From Vicinamibacterales bacterium (lineage in GTDB: Bacteria > Acidobacteriota > Vicinamibacteria > Vicinamibacterales > Fen-181), in assembly GCA_041947015.1 (NCBI GenBank), contig JBHGBL010000008.1, positions 5,878 through 69,877 of the forward strand: a stretch of DNA of 64,000 nucleotides, written 5' to 3'. The position numbers were made by a program, and so were the translations under genes. Under the pieces are notes generated by a model, which worked only from the letters and a program-made list of their open reading frames with translations, was not told where the DNA came from and did no database searches. Numbering within the stretch: the stretch's first letter is position 1; every line of letters begins with the position of its first letter. Shown here piece by piece: positions 20,433 to 30,261 of the stretch.

Positions 20433-21077
20433 TTGTCGAACCTGGATTTCGGACAAGTACTCGCTGCCTTCGCCGTGCTCCTGTTCGCGCTCACAGTGCA
20501 CGAGTCCGCTCACGCCTGGGTGGCCGACAGGCTGGGGGATCCGACCGCCCGCCGGCTCGGGAGGGTTTCGCTGAACCCAGTCGTGCACGTCGACGTCGTC
20601 GGGACGATTGTCTTTCCGCTCGTCGCCATGTTCACTGGCCTTCCCGTGATCGGCTGGGCGAAACCGGTGCCTGTCAACCCGTACAATCTGCGCGACTTCC
20701 GCCGCGACCACCTCTTCATCGCGCTTGCCGGCCCGGCTTCGAACTTCCTGCTGGCGCTGATCTCCGCTTTCGTGGCGAGGGCCGTGCTGGCCCAGCCGGC
20801 CGTGGGCTGGACAGGTGCGGCCATCGTCGTGCCGCTGTCGATGGTGGCGATGCTGTCGCTCGACATAAACATGCTCCTGGCCCTTTTCAACCTTGTTCCC
20901 GTTCCGCCCCTGGACGGGAGCAGCGTCCTCTCCGGCCTGCTGCCCGAGCGCCTGGCGGGCGCGATCGACAGCCTAAGGCCGTATGGCTTCGTCCTGCTGT
21001 ACGCTCTCATGCTCAGCGGCGCGCTGAGCGCCGTTATCGTTCCTCCTTACCGGCTGCTACTGTCGTGGCTACATTGA
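20433..21077 (+). CDS. Site-2 protease (peptidase M50)
   Basis: HESAH, GWAKPVPVNP, AGPASN, FNLVPVPPLDG. Confidence 0.92.
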   Translation: MSNLDFGQVLAAFAVLLFALTVHESAHAWVADRLGDPTARRLGRVSLNPVVHVDVVGTIVFPLVAMFTGLPVIGWAKPVPVNPYNLRDFRRDHLFIALAGPASNFLLALISAFVARAVLAQPAVGWTGAAIVVPLSMVAMLSLDINMLLALFNLVPVPPLDGSSVLSGLLPERLAGAIDSLRPYGFVLLYALMLSGALSAVIVPPYRLLLSWLH

Positions 21078-22066
21078 AAGCGCGCGTGGTGTCGGGCATG
21101 CGCCCGACCGGAAGACTCCACCTTGGCCACCTCTGCGGCGCCTTGCGCAACTGGGCCGCGCTCCAGAAGGACTACGAGTGCTTCTACTTCGTGGCCGACT
21201 GGCACGCGCTCACCAGCGAGTACGCCGACACATCTGAGATCGTTTCCTTCGCTCTCGACAACGTCGTGGACTGGATTGCCGCGGGCATCGATCCGGAGGA
21301 GAGCACGGTCTTTGTGCAGTCTCTCGTGCCCGAACACGCGGAACTGGACCTTCTGCTCTCGATGGTCGTGCCGATCCCGTGGCTCGAGCGTGTGCCGACC
21401 TACAAGGAGCAGCGCGAGCAGCTTGTGGAGAAGGATCTCTCCACGCTCGGTTTCCTCGGCTACCCGCTCCTCCAGACCGCGGACGTGATCATCTACGATG
21501 CCAGCTACGTCCCCGTCGGCGAGGACCAAGTCCCGCACCTCGAGCTCTCGCGAGAGGTCGTCCGCCGCTTCCACAACCTCTACGGCCAGGTCTTCGTGGA
21601 ACCGCAGCCGCTGCTGACACACTTTCCTCGCCTTCCCGGCCTCGACAACAGGAAGATGAGCAAGAGCTACCAGAACACCATCGACCTCTCGGACACCGAA
21701 GAGGTGGTCCGGAAGAAGGTGATGCGGATGTTCACGGACCCTAAGCGGGTGCGCGCCGACGTTCCCGGCACGGTCGAGGGGAACCCGGTCTTCACCTACC
21801 ACGATGCGTTCAACCCTGACAAGGCTGAGGTCGAAGATCTCAAGGAACGCTACAGGGCCGGCCGGGTGGGCGACGTGGAGGTCAAGCAGAGGCTCGCCCG
21901 GGCGCTCAACGCCACGCTCGAACCAATGCGCGAGCGCAGGAGGGAGCTTCTCTCGAGGCCGGAGCGCATCCGCGAGCTGCTGTTCGATGGCTCAGCCCGC
22001 GCGCGCCGGATTGCCGGCGAGACGATGGGCCGCGTGCGGGAGGCGATGAAGATCGCCTACCGTTAG
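21074..22066 (+). CDS. trpS: Tryptophan--tRNA ligase
   Basis: SGMRPTGRLHLGH, YPLLQTAD, VPVGEDQ, KMSKS. TTG start overlapping the upstream stop. Confidence 0.95.
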   Translation: MKARVVSGMRPTGRLHLGHLCGALRNWAALQKDYECFYFVADWHALTSEYADTSEIVSFALDNVVDWIAAGIDPEESTVFVQSLVPEHAELDLLLSMVVPIPWLERVPTYKEQREQLVEKDLSTLGFLGYPLLQTADVIIYDASYVPVGEDQVPHLELSREVVRRFHNLYGQVFVEPQPLLTHFPRLPGLDNRKMSKSYQNTIDLSDTEEVVRKKVMRMFTDPKRVRADVPGTVEGNPVFTYHDAFNPDKAEVEDLKERYRAGRVGDVEVKQRLARALNATLEPMRERRRELLSRPERIRELLFDGSARARRIAGETMGRVREAMKIAYR

Positions 22067-22089
22067 GGGTCAGGTTGCCTTCCAGCAAG

Positions 22090-22890
22090 ATGCGTGATCT
22101 GACGGCGTTCAAGGCGTACGCCGCCGCGCCTGACGCCGGAGTGCGGGACCCGGACCCGGACGTACGCCAGGGCTACTCGGTGCATCTGCAGGCGTACGAG
22201 GGGCCGCTCGACCTGCTCATTCACCTCATCAAGAAGAACGAGGTGAACATTTACGACATCCCGATCGCGCTCATAACGCGCGAGTACCTGGAGTACCTCG
22301 AGCTCATGCGCGAGCTCGACCTCGATGTGGCAGGCGACTTCCTGCTGATGGCGGCTACGCTCATCCATATCAAGTCGAGAATGCTCCTCCCGAGGCCCGA
22401 CCCGACGCAGGAGGACCCGGAGGAGGATCCCCGCCAGGTGCTGGTGCAGCGCCTGCTCGAGCACCAGCGCTACAAGGCCGCCGCCGGGCTTCTGCACGAG
22501 TGCGAAACGCTCCGCGAGGCCCAGTGGGTGCGGCCGGACGAGCGCATCCAGCCGATCGCCGGCGAAGACTACGAGCCGGAGCTGGAGGTGGATCTCTTCA
22601 GCCTGCTCACGGCGTTCCGCGACGTGCTCGAGAGGGCCAGGTCGAGGCCGAAGGTCCCTCTGCCTGCCGAGCAGGTGCCGATCGAGACGCGGATCGAGCA
22701 GATCCTCGCGAAGCTGTCCGTGACCGAGGCGTGCGGCTTCGAGGACCTTTTCGACGAGGCGGCAGGCGTAGCCGACGTGATCGTGACGTTTCTCGCGCTC
22801 CTGGAGATGATCAGGCTGCGGATGGTCCGCATCTTCCAGGCCGGCGCGCGCGGGCCGATACGGGTGTACCGGCGCGAAGAGGGCAGGTGA
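22090..22890 (+). CDS. scpA: Segregation and condensation protein A
   Basis: YEGPLDLLIHLI, FLLMAATL..IKSRMLLP, TFLALLEM. Confidence 0.93.
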   Translation: MRDLTAFKAYAAAPDAGVRDPDPDVRQGYSVHLQAYEGPLDLLIHLIKKNEVNIYDIPIALITREYLEYLELMRELDLDVAGDFLLMAATLIHIKSRMLLPRPDPTQEDPEEDPRQVLVQRLLEHQRYKAAAGLLHECETLREAQWVRPDERIQPIAGEDYEPELEVDLFSLLTAFRDVLERARSRPKVPLPAEQVPIETRIEQILAKLSVTEACGFEDLFDEAAGVADVIVTFLALLEMIRLRMVRIFQAGARGPIRVYRREEGR

Positions 22891-23052
22891 ACACCGGATT
22901 GACATGCGGGCACCGATTCCGGAAACGGGCCCGCCGGATCCGACCTTGTTCCATGCCGGATTGTGAACCTGGCGAGGCGGTATTCAGGGTTTGCCGGCGC
23001 GGGCTGCTGGACACGCGATGCCGAAGCGAAAAGGTGACGGAGACTGACTGCC

Positions 23053-23928
23053 GTGGAAGAAGACGTGACCCCCGATGAAACCGTCGATGTCGGACAGGCG
23101 ATTGGCGACGCGGGAGCCGGCGTGGCCGTCCACGGAGCGCCGGTCGGGAACCAGCGAGCTGCGACCGGCGACACAGGAGAGGCGGAGCCGGAACCGCCGG
23201 CGGGTGAGGAGATAGCACTGTTGGCAGGAAGGGCCACGCCTGGCGGGCACGCCAGGGAAGCCGGAGTCCGCGAAGCCCATGCGGCGGTTGACGAGCGCGT
23301 CAAGGCCATCGTCGAAGCGCTGATCTTCGCCTCGCCAGAGCCGATCACGCCGCGCCTCCTCTTCAAGCTGCTCGAGAACGAGCCGAAGGAGGACGTGGAG
23401 GCGGCGCTGGCGTCGATCAAGTCGGACTACGCGCGAAAGGGAGGTTTGCAGCTCGTCGAGGTGGCGGGAGGCTATCAGATCGTCACCCGCCCGGAGCTGC
23501 ACGAGTGGGTCAGGCGGCTGTTCCACGAGCGCAAGACGCAGAAGCTCTCCGCCCAGGCCCTGGAGACGCTTGCCGTCATTGCCTACAAGCAGCCGATCAC
23601 GGCGCCGGAGATCGCCGAGATTCGAGGTGTAAACACGACCGGCGTGCTGAGTACGCTGCTCGAACGGCGTCTCATCAAAATTGCGGGACGCAAGCAGGTC
23701 GTGGGCCGGCCGTTCCTGTACGCCACGACGCGCGAGTTCCTGATCCGGTTCGGTCTGCGCGACCTCTCCGACCTGCCGAGGATGGAGGACATGTCGCAGG
23801 TGCTCGGTTTCGACGTGCCGATCGGCCTCGCCGACTCCGAGCCTGTACCGGGCACGCTTCCGCTGGAGATCGACATGGCGGGGGCTGAGGAAAGGACTGA
23901 GCAAGGAGGACTGAGTAAGGAGGACTGA
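23053..23928 (+). CDS. scpB: Segregation and condensation protein B
   Basis: VEALIFAS, VAGGYQ, LETLAVIAYKQPIT..EI..IRGV, GRPFLYATT. Long acidic N-terminal extension, start uncertain. Confidence 0.93.
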   Translation: MEEDVTPDETVDVGQAIGDAGAGVAVHGAPVGNQRAATGDTGEAEPEPPAGEEIALLAGRATPGGHAREAGVREAHAAVDERVKAIVEALIFASPEPITPRLLFKLLENEPKEDVEAALASIKSDYARKGGLQLVEVAGGYQIVTRPELHEWVRRLFHERKTQKLSAQALETLAVIAYKQPITAPEIAEIRGVNTTGVLSTLLERRLIKIAGRKQVVGRPFLYATTREFLIRFGLRDLSDLPRMEDMSQVLGFDVPIGLADSEPVPGTLPLEIDMAGAEERTEQGGLSKED

Positions 23929-23955
23929 GGCCTGAGGAACGAGGATTGAGGAATG
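23893..23955 (+). repeat. Degenerate AGGACTG heptamer tandem array spanning the scpB stop
   Basis: AGGACTG at 23893, 23907 and 23921, then AGGCCTG AGGAACG AGGATTG AGGAATG in 7-nt phase. Confidence 0.7.
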
Positions 23956-23997
23956 ACGTGATGGATGATGGCTGACAGCCCGCTCACGAGACCGTCG

Positions 23998-24780
23998 ATG
24001 CCGGAACGGCTCCAGAAGATCCTGTCGGCTGCGGGGGTGGCGTCGAGGCGTGCATCCGAGCGGCTGATACTCGATGGGCGCGTGACCGTGAACGGAGCCG
24101 TCGTAACGGAGCTCGGAACGCGCGCCGACTCGGAGACCGACGACATCCGCGTGGACGGCTGCCGGCTGCAGAAGCCCCGCCGCCGCTACCTGCTCCTGAA
24201 CAAGCCCCGCGGCTACATAACGAGCAGATCCGACCCAGAGGGCCGGCCGACCGTGCTCGACCTGCTGCCGTCGAACCGCGGGTACCTATATCCCGTCGGG
24301 CGGCTCGACTACGATTCAGAAGGACTTCTCATACTCACGAACGACGGCGACCTCGCCCAGCGGCTGATGCATCCGAGCCACGAAATCGAGCGCGAGTACG
24401 AGGTGACGGTCGTTGGTTGGCCCGACGGTAGCGCGCTCCGCCGCCTGCGGCAGGGGATCGCCCTCGAGGGAAGGCGGACGAAACCCGCAACGGTCAGACT
24501 GGAGGAAACACGCGCCGGGCGGGACCAGGCGAAGCTGACCGTCGTTCTGCGCGAGGGAAGGAGCCGGCAGATACGGAAGATGTGCGAGGCGGTCGGGCAC
24601 CCGGTCGTTCGCCTGAGACGCGTGCGTATCGGCCCGATACGGGACGCTAGCCTTGCGCCCGGCTCCGCGCGCGACCTGACGGCTCGCGAGGTCGCCTTGC
24701 TCAAGAAAGGCAATCAGCGTTCAGGGAAGAGCAGTCAGCCGGTTGCGGGCCGAAATCAACCCCCGGAGCGGCGAAGCTGA
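23998..24780 (+). CDS. rluB: rRNA pseudouridine synthase (RluB/RsuA family)
   Basis: ERLQK...GVASRR S4 domain, LNKPRG, VGRLDYDSEGLL, EGRSRQIRKM. Located after scpAB. Confidence 0.88.
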   Translation: MPERLQKILSAAGVASRRASERLILDGRVTVNGAVVTELGTRADSETDDIRVDGCRLQKPRRRYLLLNKPRGYITSRSDPEGRPTVLDLLPSNRGYLYPVGRLDYDSEGLLILTNDGDLAQRLMHPSHEIEREYEVTVVGWPDGSALRRLRQGIALEGRRTKPATVRLEETRAGRDQAKLTVVLREGRSRQIRKMCEAVGHPVVRLRRVRIGPIRDASLAPGSARDLTAREVALLKKGNQRSGKSSQPVAGRNQPPERRS

Positions 24781-24815
24781 TCGCTGAAAGCTGATCGCTG
24801 CTCGCTGACGCCGAA

Positions 24816-26033
24816 TCACTCCCGGAGCATGCCCGCAATGAGAGAGACGATGGTCCACGCCTCCGATAGCGTCGGCTGGTGCCCGAGTTCGGCGTGGTCC
24901 ATGAGGTCCGTCATGAGGACCCGCGTCCTCGTCTTGCCAGCCAGGTAGTGCTCGAGCAGCAGTGTCTCTTCCGGCGGCACGAGGTTGTCGTCGATTCCGT
25001 GCAGGATGTAGACCGGTGCCCTGGGTGCCGGCGATTCGATCGGCGAGAGGGAACTGGCCTGTACCGCCCCACCCAGCAGCGGCAGGAGGCGCGCGCCGAG
25101 CGCCTCCACGTCGCGGTCGTTCACCTCCCGCATAATCGCGGACGCTGGCTCGGGCAGTTCGCGGCCGAGACGGCGGGCGGTTTCGAACCTCGCTTCGGCG
25201 GCTTCCGGATCGTTGATCCAGATGTGCGAGGCAGCGAGGAACTCGAGGATCGCGCGCCTCAGCGGAGCCAACTGCTCCGGGGGCACGAGCCGGTCCGCCA
25301 GGTCGAGCGCGACGACCGCAGCCCCGTAATCGTGCGGCTTGCGCCAGACTCCGCCCTCGACACGCCTGACCCCAGGGCGCAGGTTCCGCTCCGGTGCCCA
25401 TGGCGGCAGCGGCACAATGCCCGTGCAGAAGAAGCGGAGCACCTGAGGGAAGCTCGCGTGCGGGCCGAAGGCGAAGACGAACGTGACTCGGTCGCGAAGC
25501 GCGGGGCGGCCTGCCGCGACTATCGACAGACCTCCCGCGAAGCTGATGCCGGCCATTCCGATCCTGCCGCCCGGCGCCAGGTCGCGCCGGGCGGCCATCC
25601 ACAGCGCAGCGTCCTCGATCGTGTCGGTCGTTCGAGCTGTGACGAGGTAGCGCGTCATGTCTGGCATGGCGGCCGTAACGACGAGAAGGCCCGTTTCGGA
25701 TATCGCCCGCGCGAAGGCAGAGAGGCGCGGCTCCTCGACGCCAAGCGCGTTGATGCCCGGCACGAGCAGGACGGCGGCGGGGTATCCTCCCGTGGGCCGG
25801 TAGAGTCGCGCGGCTATCGGCCCGTGGCGCGAGGGGATCGTGAGCGGCGATTCCGAGACTGCCTGGCGGTACCAGCTGGCGATGCGCGGATAACGGCCGC
25901 CGAGGCCGGCTGCCCTGACGACGAGCGAGGCCGCGCGGCTGTACGACGACCCGATCACGGCGAGGGAGACGATGCCGCCGGTCACCGTCAGCACGGTCGC
26001 GACAAGGAGGGTACGGCGGAGGCCGCGGCGCAT
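24816..26033 (-). CDS. Alpha/beta-hydrolase fold protein with N-terminal anchor
   Basis: GISFAG nucleophile-elbow-like motif, HGIDDNLVP (Asp), MDHAE (His). Confidence 0.7.
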   Translation of the reverse strand: MRRGLRRTLLVATVLTVTGGIVSLAVIGSSYSRAASLVVRAAGLGGRYPRIASWYRQAVSESPLTIPSRHGPIAARLYRPTGGYPAAVLLVPGINALGVEEPRLSAFARAISETGLLVVTAAMPDMTRYLVTARTTDTIEDAALWMAARRDLAPGGRIGMAGISFAGGLSIVAAGRPALRDRVTFVFAFGPHASFPQVLRFFCTGIVPLPPWAPERNLRPGVRRVEGGVWRKPHDYGAAVVALDLADRLVPPEQLAPLRRAILEFLAASHIWINDPEAAEARFETARRLGRELPEPASAIMREVNDRDVEALGARLLPLLGGAVQASSLSPIESPAPRAPVYILHGIDDNLVPPEETLLLEHYLAGKTRTRVLMTDLMDHAELGHQPTLSEAWTIVSLIAGMLRE

Positions 26034-26089
26034 CCACGCATGTTACACTGACGCCCAGTCTGCGGTGCCTCCTTACTGCGCAGGGAACC

Positions 26090-26743
26090 TTGATTATCGC
26101 GATCGACGGGCCTTCAGGCGTCGGCAAGGGCACAATCGCCCGCGAAGTGGCTCGCACCCTCGGCTACAGGCACATCGACACCGGTGCCATGTACCGAGCG
26201 GTCGCGTGGTTTGCCGTCAACAACCGCATCTCCCTGGACGATGAGCGCGCCGTAAGCGAGGCCGCATCTGGCCTCGTCATAGAGGTCAACGGCGGAGCGG
26301 TTTCTGTGAACGGCCGGGACGTGAGCCGTGAGATCCGCACCCCGGCAATCGACCGCGCCGCGGCGAAGGTGGCGCGGCTGCCTGCCGTCCGCTCGCTCCT
26401 CGTCCGCCTCCAACAGGCGCTGGGCTCGAGCGGCGGCGTTGTCATGGAGGGCAGGGACATTGGTACTGTCGTTTTTCCAGGAGCCGAGGTGAAGGTCTAC
26501 CTCGATGCTTCCAGGGAGGAACGTGCGAGACGCCGGGCGGCCGACCCTGCGCACGGCGGCGGGCACCCCTTCGAGGAAGTGGCGAGAGAGCTGAACGAGC
26601 GCGACGAATCCGACATGACGAGGACCGCGTCGCCTCTCGCTCCCGCCTCGGATGCGCACGTGATAGATACGACCGGCGTGCCGATTGCGGAAGTCGTAGA
26701 GCGCGTGCTGGCAGTTATCCGGCAGAGGACCGGAACCGGCTAA
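26090..26743 (+). CDS. cmk: Cytidylate kinase
   Basis: IAIDGPSGVGKGT, DTGAMYR, VMEGRDIGTVVFP. Confidence 0.96.
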   Translation: MIIAIDGPSGVGKGTIAREVARTLGYRHIDTGAMYRAVAWFAVNNRISLDDERAVSEAASGLVIEVNGGAVSVNGRDVSREIRTPAIDRAAAKVARLPAVRSLLVRLQQALGSSGGVVMEGRDIGTVVFPGAEVKVYLDASREERARRRAADPAHGGGHPFEEVARELNERDESDMTRTASPLAPASDAHVIDTTGVPIAEVVERVLAVIRQRTGTG

Positions 26744-26809
26744 CGGCGCCGAGACGCAGACTGCCGGTCCGCGGCATGCGACACGGGTCTAGGAACCGCG
26801 CCATGGAAC

Positions 26810-27154
26810 TCATGGCATCACCTTGCCCCCTTTCCTCGTGCGCTCCTTGTAGTCTTCGGAGGAAGCCGGGTCGAGCTCCCAGCGGCGCCGGTCGTGCTCT
26901 GTCATCTTTTCGGTGCTCTTGAGCTCTTCGCTGTCCCGGTATTCGAGCCCTACTGCGCGCCCGACGTCATCGACGACCTGTTGGGCGGGAGTCGGGTTGT
27001 CGCCCCCTGGTGCCTCGTCGCCCACCATCGCGGCCGACTGCCAGTCGGCATCGATGTCGCCGCCGGCCACTTCCGGCCCCGCAGGGCGGTTATTCTCCAG
27101 ACGCTCTGGCATCCCGGCCCCGCCGCTGCGCGCGGCCGAGGCCTTCCGCTCCAT
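26810..27154 (-). CDS. DUF6335-like acidic protein
   Basis: GGDIDADW..A..VGDEAPGGDNPTP.Q.VVD..G.A.G...RWELDPASSED. Start uncertain. Confidence 0.75.
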   Translation of the reverse strand: MERKASAARSGGAGMPERLENNRPAGPEVAGGDIDADWQSAAMVGDEAPGGDNPTPAQQVVDDVGRAVGLEYRDSEELKSTEKMTEHDRRRWELDPASSEDYKERTRKGGKVMP

Positions 27155-27274
27155 GTTCAGTGACGACCGGAAAGTGGTGCGCTCTGTTCGGTTCTCTTCT
27201 GCCGGCGGCTGACGATTGGCCGAACGGCTCGTGTCCTTTTTTCTCTCGTGGCATCGGGAACCACCCGTCTGAGC

Positions 27275-27304
27275 TTGACAGTTTTTCGATAAGTGTCGTA
27301 TACT
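27275..27304 (+). promoter_or_regulatory. Sigma70 promoter of rpsA
   Basis: TTGACA-18 nt-TATACT. Confidence 0.75.
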
Positions 27305-27385
27305 CTATTGCTTAACGCCACACGGCGAATACAGCCCGCCGGTGCTGCGAACCGGCAATCTAGGATCAGGAGGACTTGGCGCTAC

Positions 27386-29173
27386 ATGGCGAACGCTGAA
27401 ACGACCAACGACGCGGCCGCGCCGCGCGGGGAGTGGACGCCCCAGAACGTCCAGAAGAAAGGAGGGGAACTCACCAGGCTCGCCGGCTCGGCCGATTCCG
27501 GTGAGCAAGTCGATCCCGCAGAGTACGCCCGCCTGCTCGACTTGTACGACAGCAGCTTCCGCAACATCGCGGAAGGGGAAGTGGTGAAGGGTACCGTCCT
27601 CAAGGTGACCGGCACCGAAGTGGTGGTGGACGTCGGTTACAAGTCGGAAGGCATCATCTCGGTGAGCGAGTTCATCGACGAGAACGGGCATGTCACGGTC
27701 CAGCCCGGCGACATCGTCGACGTCCTGCTCGAGCGGGCCGAGGACAAGGATGGCTACGTCGTCCTCTCGCGCGAGAAGGCCGAGAAGATGAAGATCTGGG
27801 ACGAGGTCGAGAAGGCCTACGCCGACCGCAAGGTCGTCATCGGCCGCGTCATCGAGAGGATCAAGGGCGGGCTGGCGGTCGACATCGGCGTGCGGGCGTT
27901 TCTGCCCGGCTCGCAGGTGGACGTTCGGCCGGTGAGGAACCTCGACGCCTTGCGCAACCAGGAACTGCGGATGCGCGTCATCAAGGTCAACAAGAAGCGC
28001 GGCAATATAGTCCTGTCGCGTAAAGTCCTCCTCGAAGAAGAGAATGCGGAACGCAAGAAGCAGACCCTCGAGACGCTCGCCGAGGGCAAGGTGCTGCGCG
28101 GCGTGGTCAAGAACATCACGGATTACGGCGCATTCATCGATCTCGGCGGCATAGACGGGCTGCTGCACATCACCGACATGTCGTGGGGCCGGGTGGGGCA
28201 CCCCTCGGAGCTCTTCAAGGTCAACGACGAGATCGACGTGATCGTGCTCAAGTACGACCCGGCGACCGAGAGGGTGTCGCTCGGCCACAAGCAACTCATT
28301 GCGGACCCGTGGTCGGCTGTGACGGAACGCTACCCGGTCGGGGCCCGCGTCAGTGGAAAGGTAGTTAGTCTCACCGACTACGGTGCGTTCGTCGAGCTCG
28401 AGCCGGGCGTGGAAGGGCTCATCCACGTTTCGGAGATGTCCTGGAGCAAGCGCGTCAAGCACCCCTCGAAGGTGCTGAACGCGGGCGACCAGGTCGAGGC
28501 GATGGTGCTAGGCGTCGATCCGCAGGCTCGCCGCATATCGCTTGGCCTCAAGCAGATAGAAAGCAACCCGTGGCACGACCTGGCTGACAAGTATCCGGTC
28601 GGATCGCGCATCACAGGGAAGGTGCGCAACCTCACCGAGTTCGGAGCCTTCGTCGAGGTCGAGGAAGACATCGACGGCCTCATCCACATCTCCGACATGT
28701 CGTGGAGCAAGCGCGTGAAGCACCCGTCCGAGGTGCTCAAGAAAGGCGACCGGGTCGAGGCCGTCGTGCTCAACATCGACGCGGAGAACCAGCGGCTGTC
28801 GCTCGGGCTGAAGCAGCTCGCGACCGACATCTGGGACGACTTCTTCACGCACCACAACGTCGGTGACACCGTGGAGGGACGCGTCGTCAGGTCCACCAAC
28901 TTTGGCGCCTTTGTCGAGCTCGCCGAGGGCATCGAGGGCCTGATCCACGTGTCCGAGTTCGACGACTCGCAGGGCGAGAAGATCGAGCTGCAGCCGGACC
29001 AGGTCTACCCGATGAAGATCATCAAGCTGAGCCCGGCCGAGCGGAAGATCGGCCTGAGCATAAGGGCGCTCAAGGCCGACCAGGATCGAGCCGACTGGCA
29101 GGCGTGGACTGAGACTTCCGAGGGCGGGCAGGCGACGATCGGCGAGCGCCTGCGCGTACTGAGGAGCGAGTAG
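27386..29173 (+). CDS. rpsA: 30S ribosomal protein S1
   Basis: Six S1 repeats (DVGYKSEG, RAFLPGSQ, YGAFIDLGGIDGLLH, FGAFVE...GLIH). AGGAGG upstream. Confidence 0.97.
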   Translation: MANAETTNDAAAPRGEWTPQNVQKKGGELTRLAGSADSGEQVDPAEYARLLDLYDSSFRNIAEGEVVKGTVLKVTGTEVVVDVGYKSEGIISVSEFIDENGHVTVQPGDIVDVLLERAEDKDGYVVLSREKAEKMKIWDEVEKAYADRKVVIGRVIERIKGGLAVDIGVRAFLPGSQVDVRPVRNLDALRNQELRMRVIKVNKKRGNIVLSRKVLLEEENAERKKQTLETLAEGKVLRGVVKNITDYGAFIDLGGIDGLLHITDMSWGRVGHPSELFKVNDEIDVIVLKYDPATERVSLGHKQLIADPWSAVTERYPVGARVSGKVVSLTDYGAFVELEPGVEGLIHVSEMSWSKRVKHPSKVLNAGDQVEAMVLGVDPQARRISLGLKQIESNPWHDLADKYPVGSRITGKVRNLTEFGAFVEVEEDIDGLIHISDMSWSKRVKHPSEVLKKGDRVEAVVLNIDAENQRLSLGLKQLATDIWDDFFTHHNVGDTVEGRVVRSTNFGAFVELAEGIEGLIHVSEFDDSQGEKIELQPDQVYPMKIIKLSPAERKIGLSIRALKADQDRADWQAWTETSEGGQATIGERLRVLRSE

Positions 29174-29396
29174 AGCAACGGCGGAGCGGCGATCGGCACT
29201 CGCACTCCGAATGCACTCCCGGGGCGGGGCGGCTGTCACGCTCCGCCCGGTTCCTTGCCGCGGCCCTCGGGGGCATCGGCGGCGGCGAAGCAGCGCTGTC
29301 GCATGCCAAGCGGGATGAGCCCCCTGGCGGGTTTCCCCGGGGCGGCGGGCGCGCCGCCCGTCTGAGAAAGGAGCGGCCGTGTCAACAGGAGGCAGC

Positions 29397-29741
29397 ATGA
29401 CCAAGGCTGAGCTGGTCGAAGAAGTGGCGCGCGTCTCCGATCTCACGAAGAAGCACTCCGAGCTCATTGTAGACACGGTTTTCAAGAGCATCATCACTGC
29501 CTTGCACCGCGGCGAGAAGATCGAGCTGCGGGGTTTCGGCAGCTTCCGTCTGCGGCGGCGCGAGCCGCGAAAGGGCAGGAACCCGAAAACCGGCGACCGC
29601 GTGGACGTGCCGCCCAAGAAAGTCCCCTACTTCAAGCCGGGCAAGGAACTGAAAGACCTGATAAACCGTGAACGCGCCGCCGAGACGTCCGTGGTGGCCG
29701 CTGCCGGGAATATTGCGGAGCAGGTGGCAGAACAGGTCTGA
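29397..29741 (+). CDS. ihfB: Integration host factor beta / HU family DNA-binding protein
   Basis: MTKAEL, IELRGFGSF, GRNPKTG, PYFKPGKELK. Lies downstream of rpsA. Confidence 0.85.
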   Translation: MTKAELVEEVARVSDLTKKHSELIVDTVFKSIITALHRGEKIELRGFGSFRLRRREPRKGRNPKTGDRVDVPPKKVPYFKPGKELKDLINRERAAETSVVAAAGNIAEQVAEQV

Positions 29742-29742
29742 C

Positions 29743-30231
29743 GTGGAACGTCTCTGGACTCCCTGGAGGTATCAGTACGTGAGCGGCACCGGGGACTCAC
29801 AGGGGTGCGTATTCTGCGAGGCCATAAACTCCGAGGAATCCGGGCGGCTCCTGCTCACGCGCGGGCGCACCTGCTTCGTCATACTGAACCTCTATCCGTA
29901 CAACAGCGGGCATTTGATGGTGGTGCCGAACAGGCACGTGCCGTGCCTGGGGGCCCTGTTGCCCGAAGAGCGGGTGGAGCTGATGGAGCTGACCTGCCGG
30001 GCCGAATGCGCGTTGAACGAGGCCTACAGGCCGCAGGGCATGAACGTCGGATTGAACCTAGGCCGTTCGGCCGGGGCCGGCATCGTCGATCATCTGCACG
30101 TGCACTTGGTTCCTCGCTGGACGGGAGATACCAACTTCATGTCGGTCGTCGGTCAGGTTCGCGTGCTGCCCGAGGAACTCGAGCAGACCGCGGAACGCCT
30201 TCGACCGATCTTCGCGCGACTGAGCTGCTGA
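29743..30231 (+). CDS. HIT-family nucleotide hydrolase (Ap4A hydrolase-like)
   Basis: LWTPWR, CVFC, NLYPYNSGHLMV, HLHVHLVPRW.GD.NF. Confidence 0.92.
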   Translation: MERLWTPWRYQYVSGTGDSQGCVFCEAINSEESGRLLLTRGRTCFVILNLYPYNSGHLMVVPNRHVPCLGALLPEERVELMELTCRAECALNEAYRPQGMNVGLNLGRSAGAGIVDHLHVHLVPRWTGDTNFMSVVGQVRVLPEELEQTAERLRPIFARLSC

Positions 30232-30261
30232 GAGCAGCTGGCCGCGCCCGTTCGTGCCCCC

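Noticed and set aside
20426-21073. N-terminal 216 aa extension of TrpS in the ORF track (similar extensions on 58444..60036, 32641..35160, 14291..14893)
   Set aside because: The extensions overlap other genes or promoters. Family homology and RBSs point to the downstream starts.
29174-29396. Structured RNA between rpsA and ihfB
   Set aside because: Only generic GC-rich hairpins and a short GCACTC repeat, with no recognisable family features.
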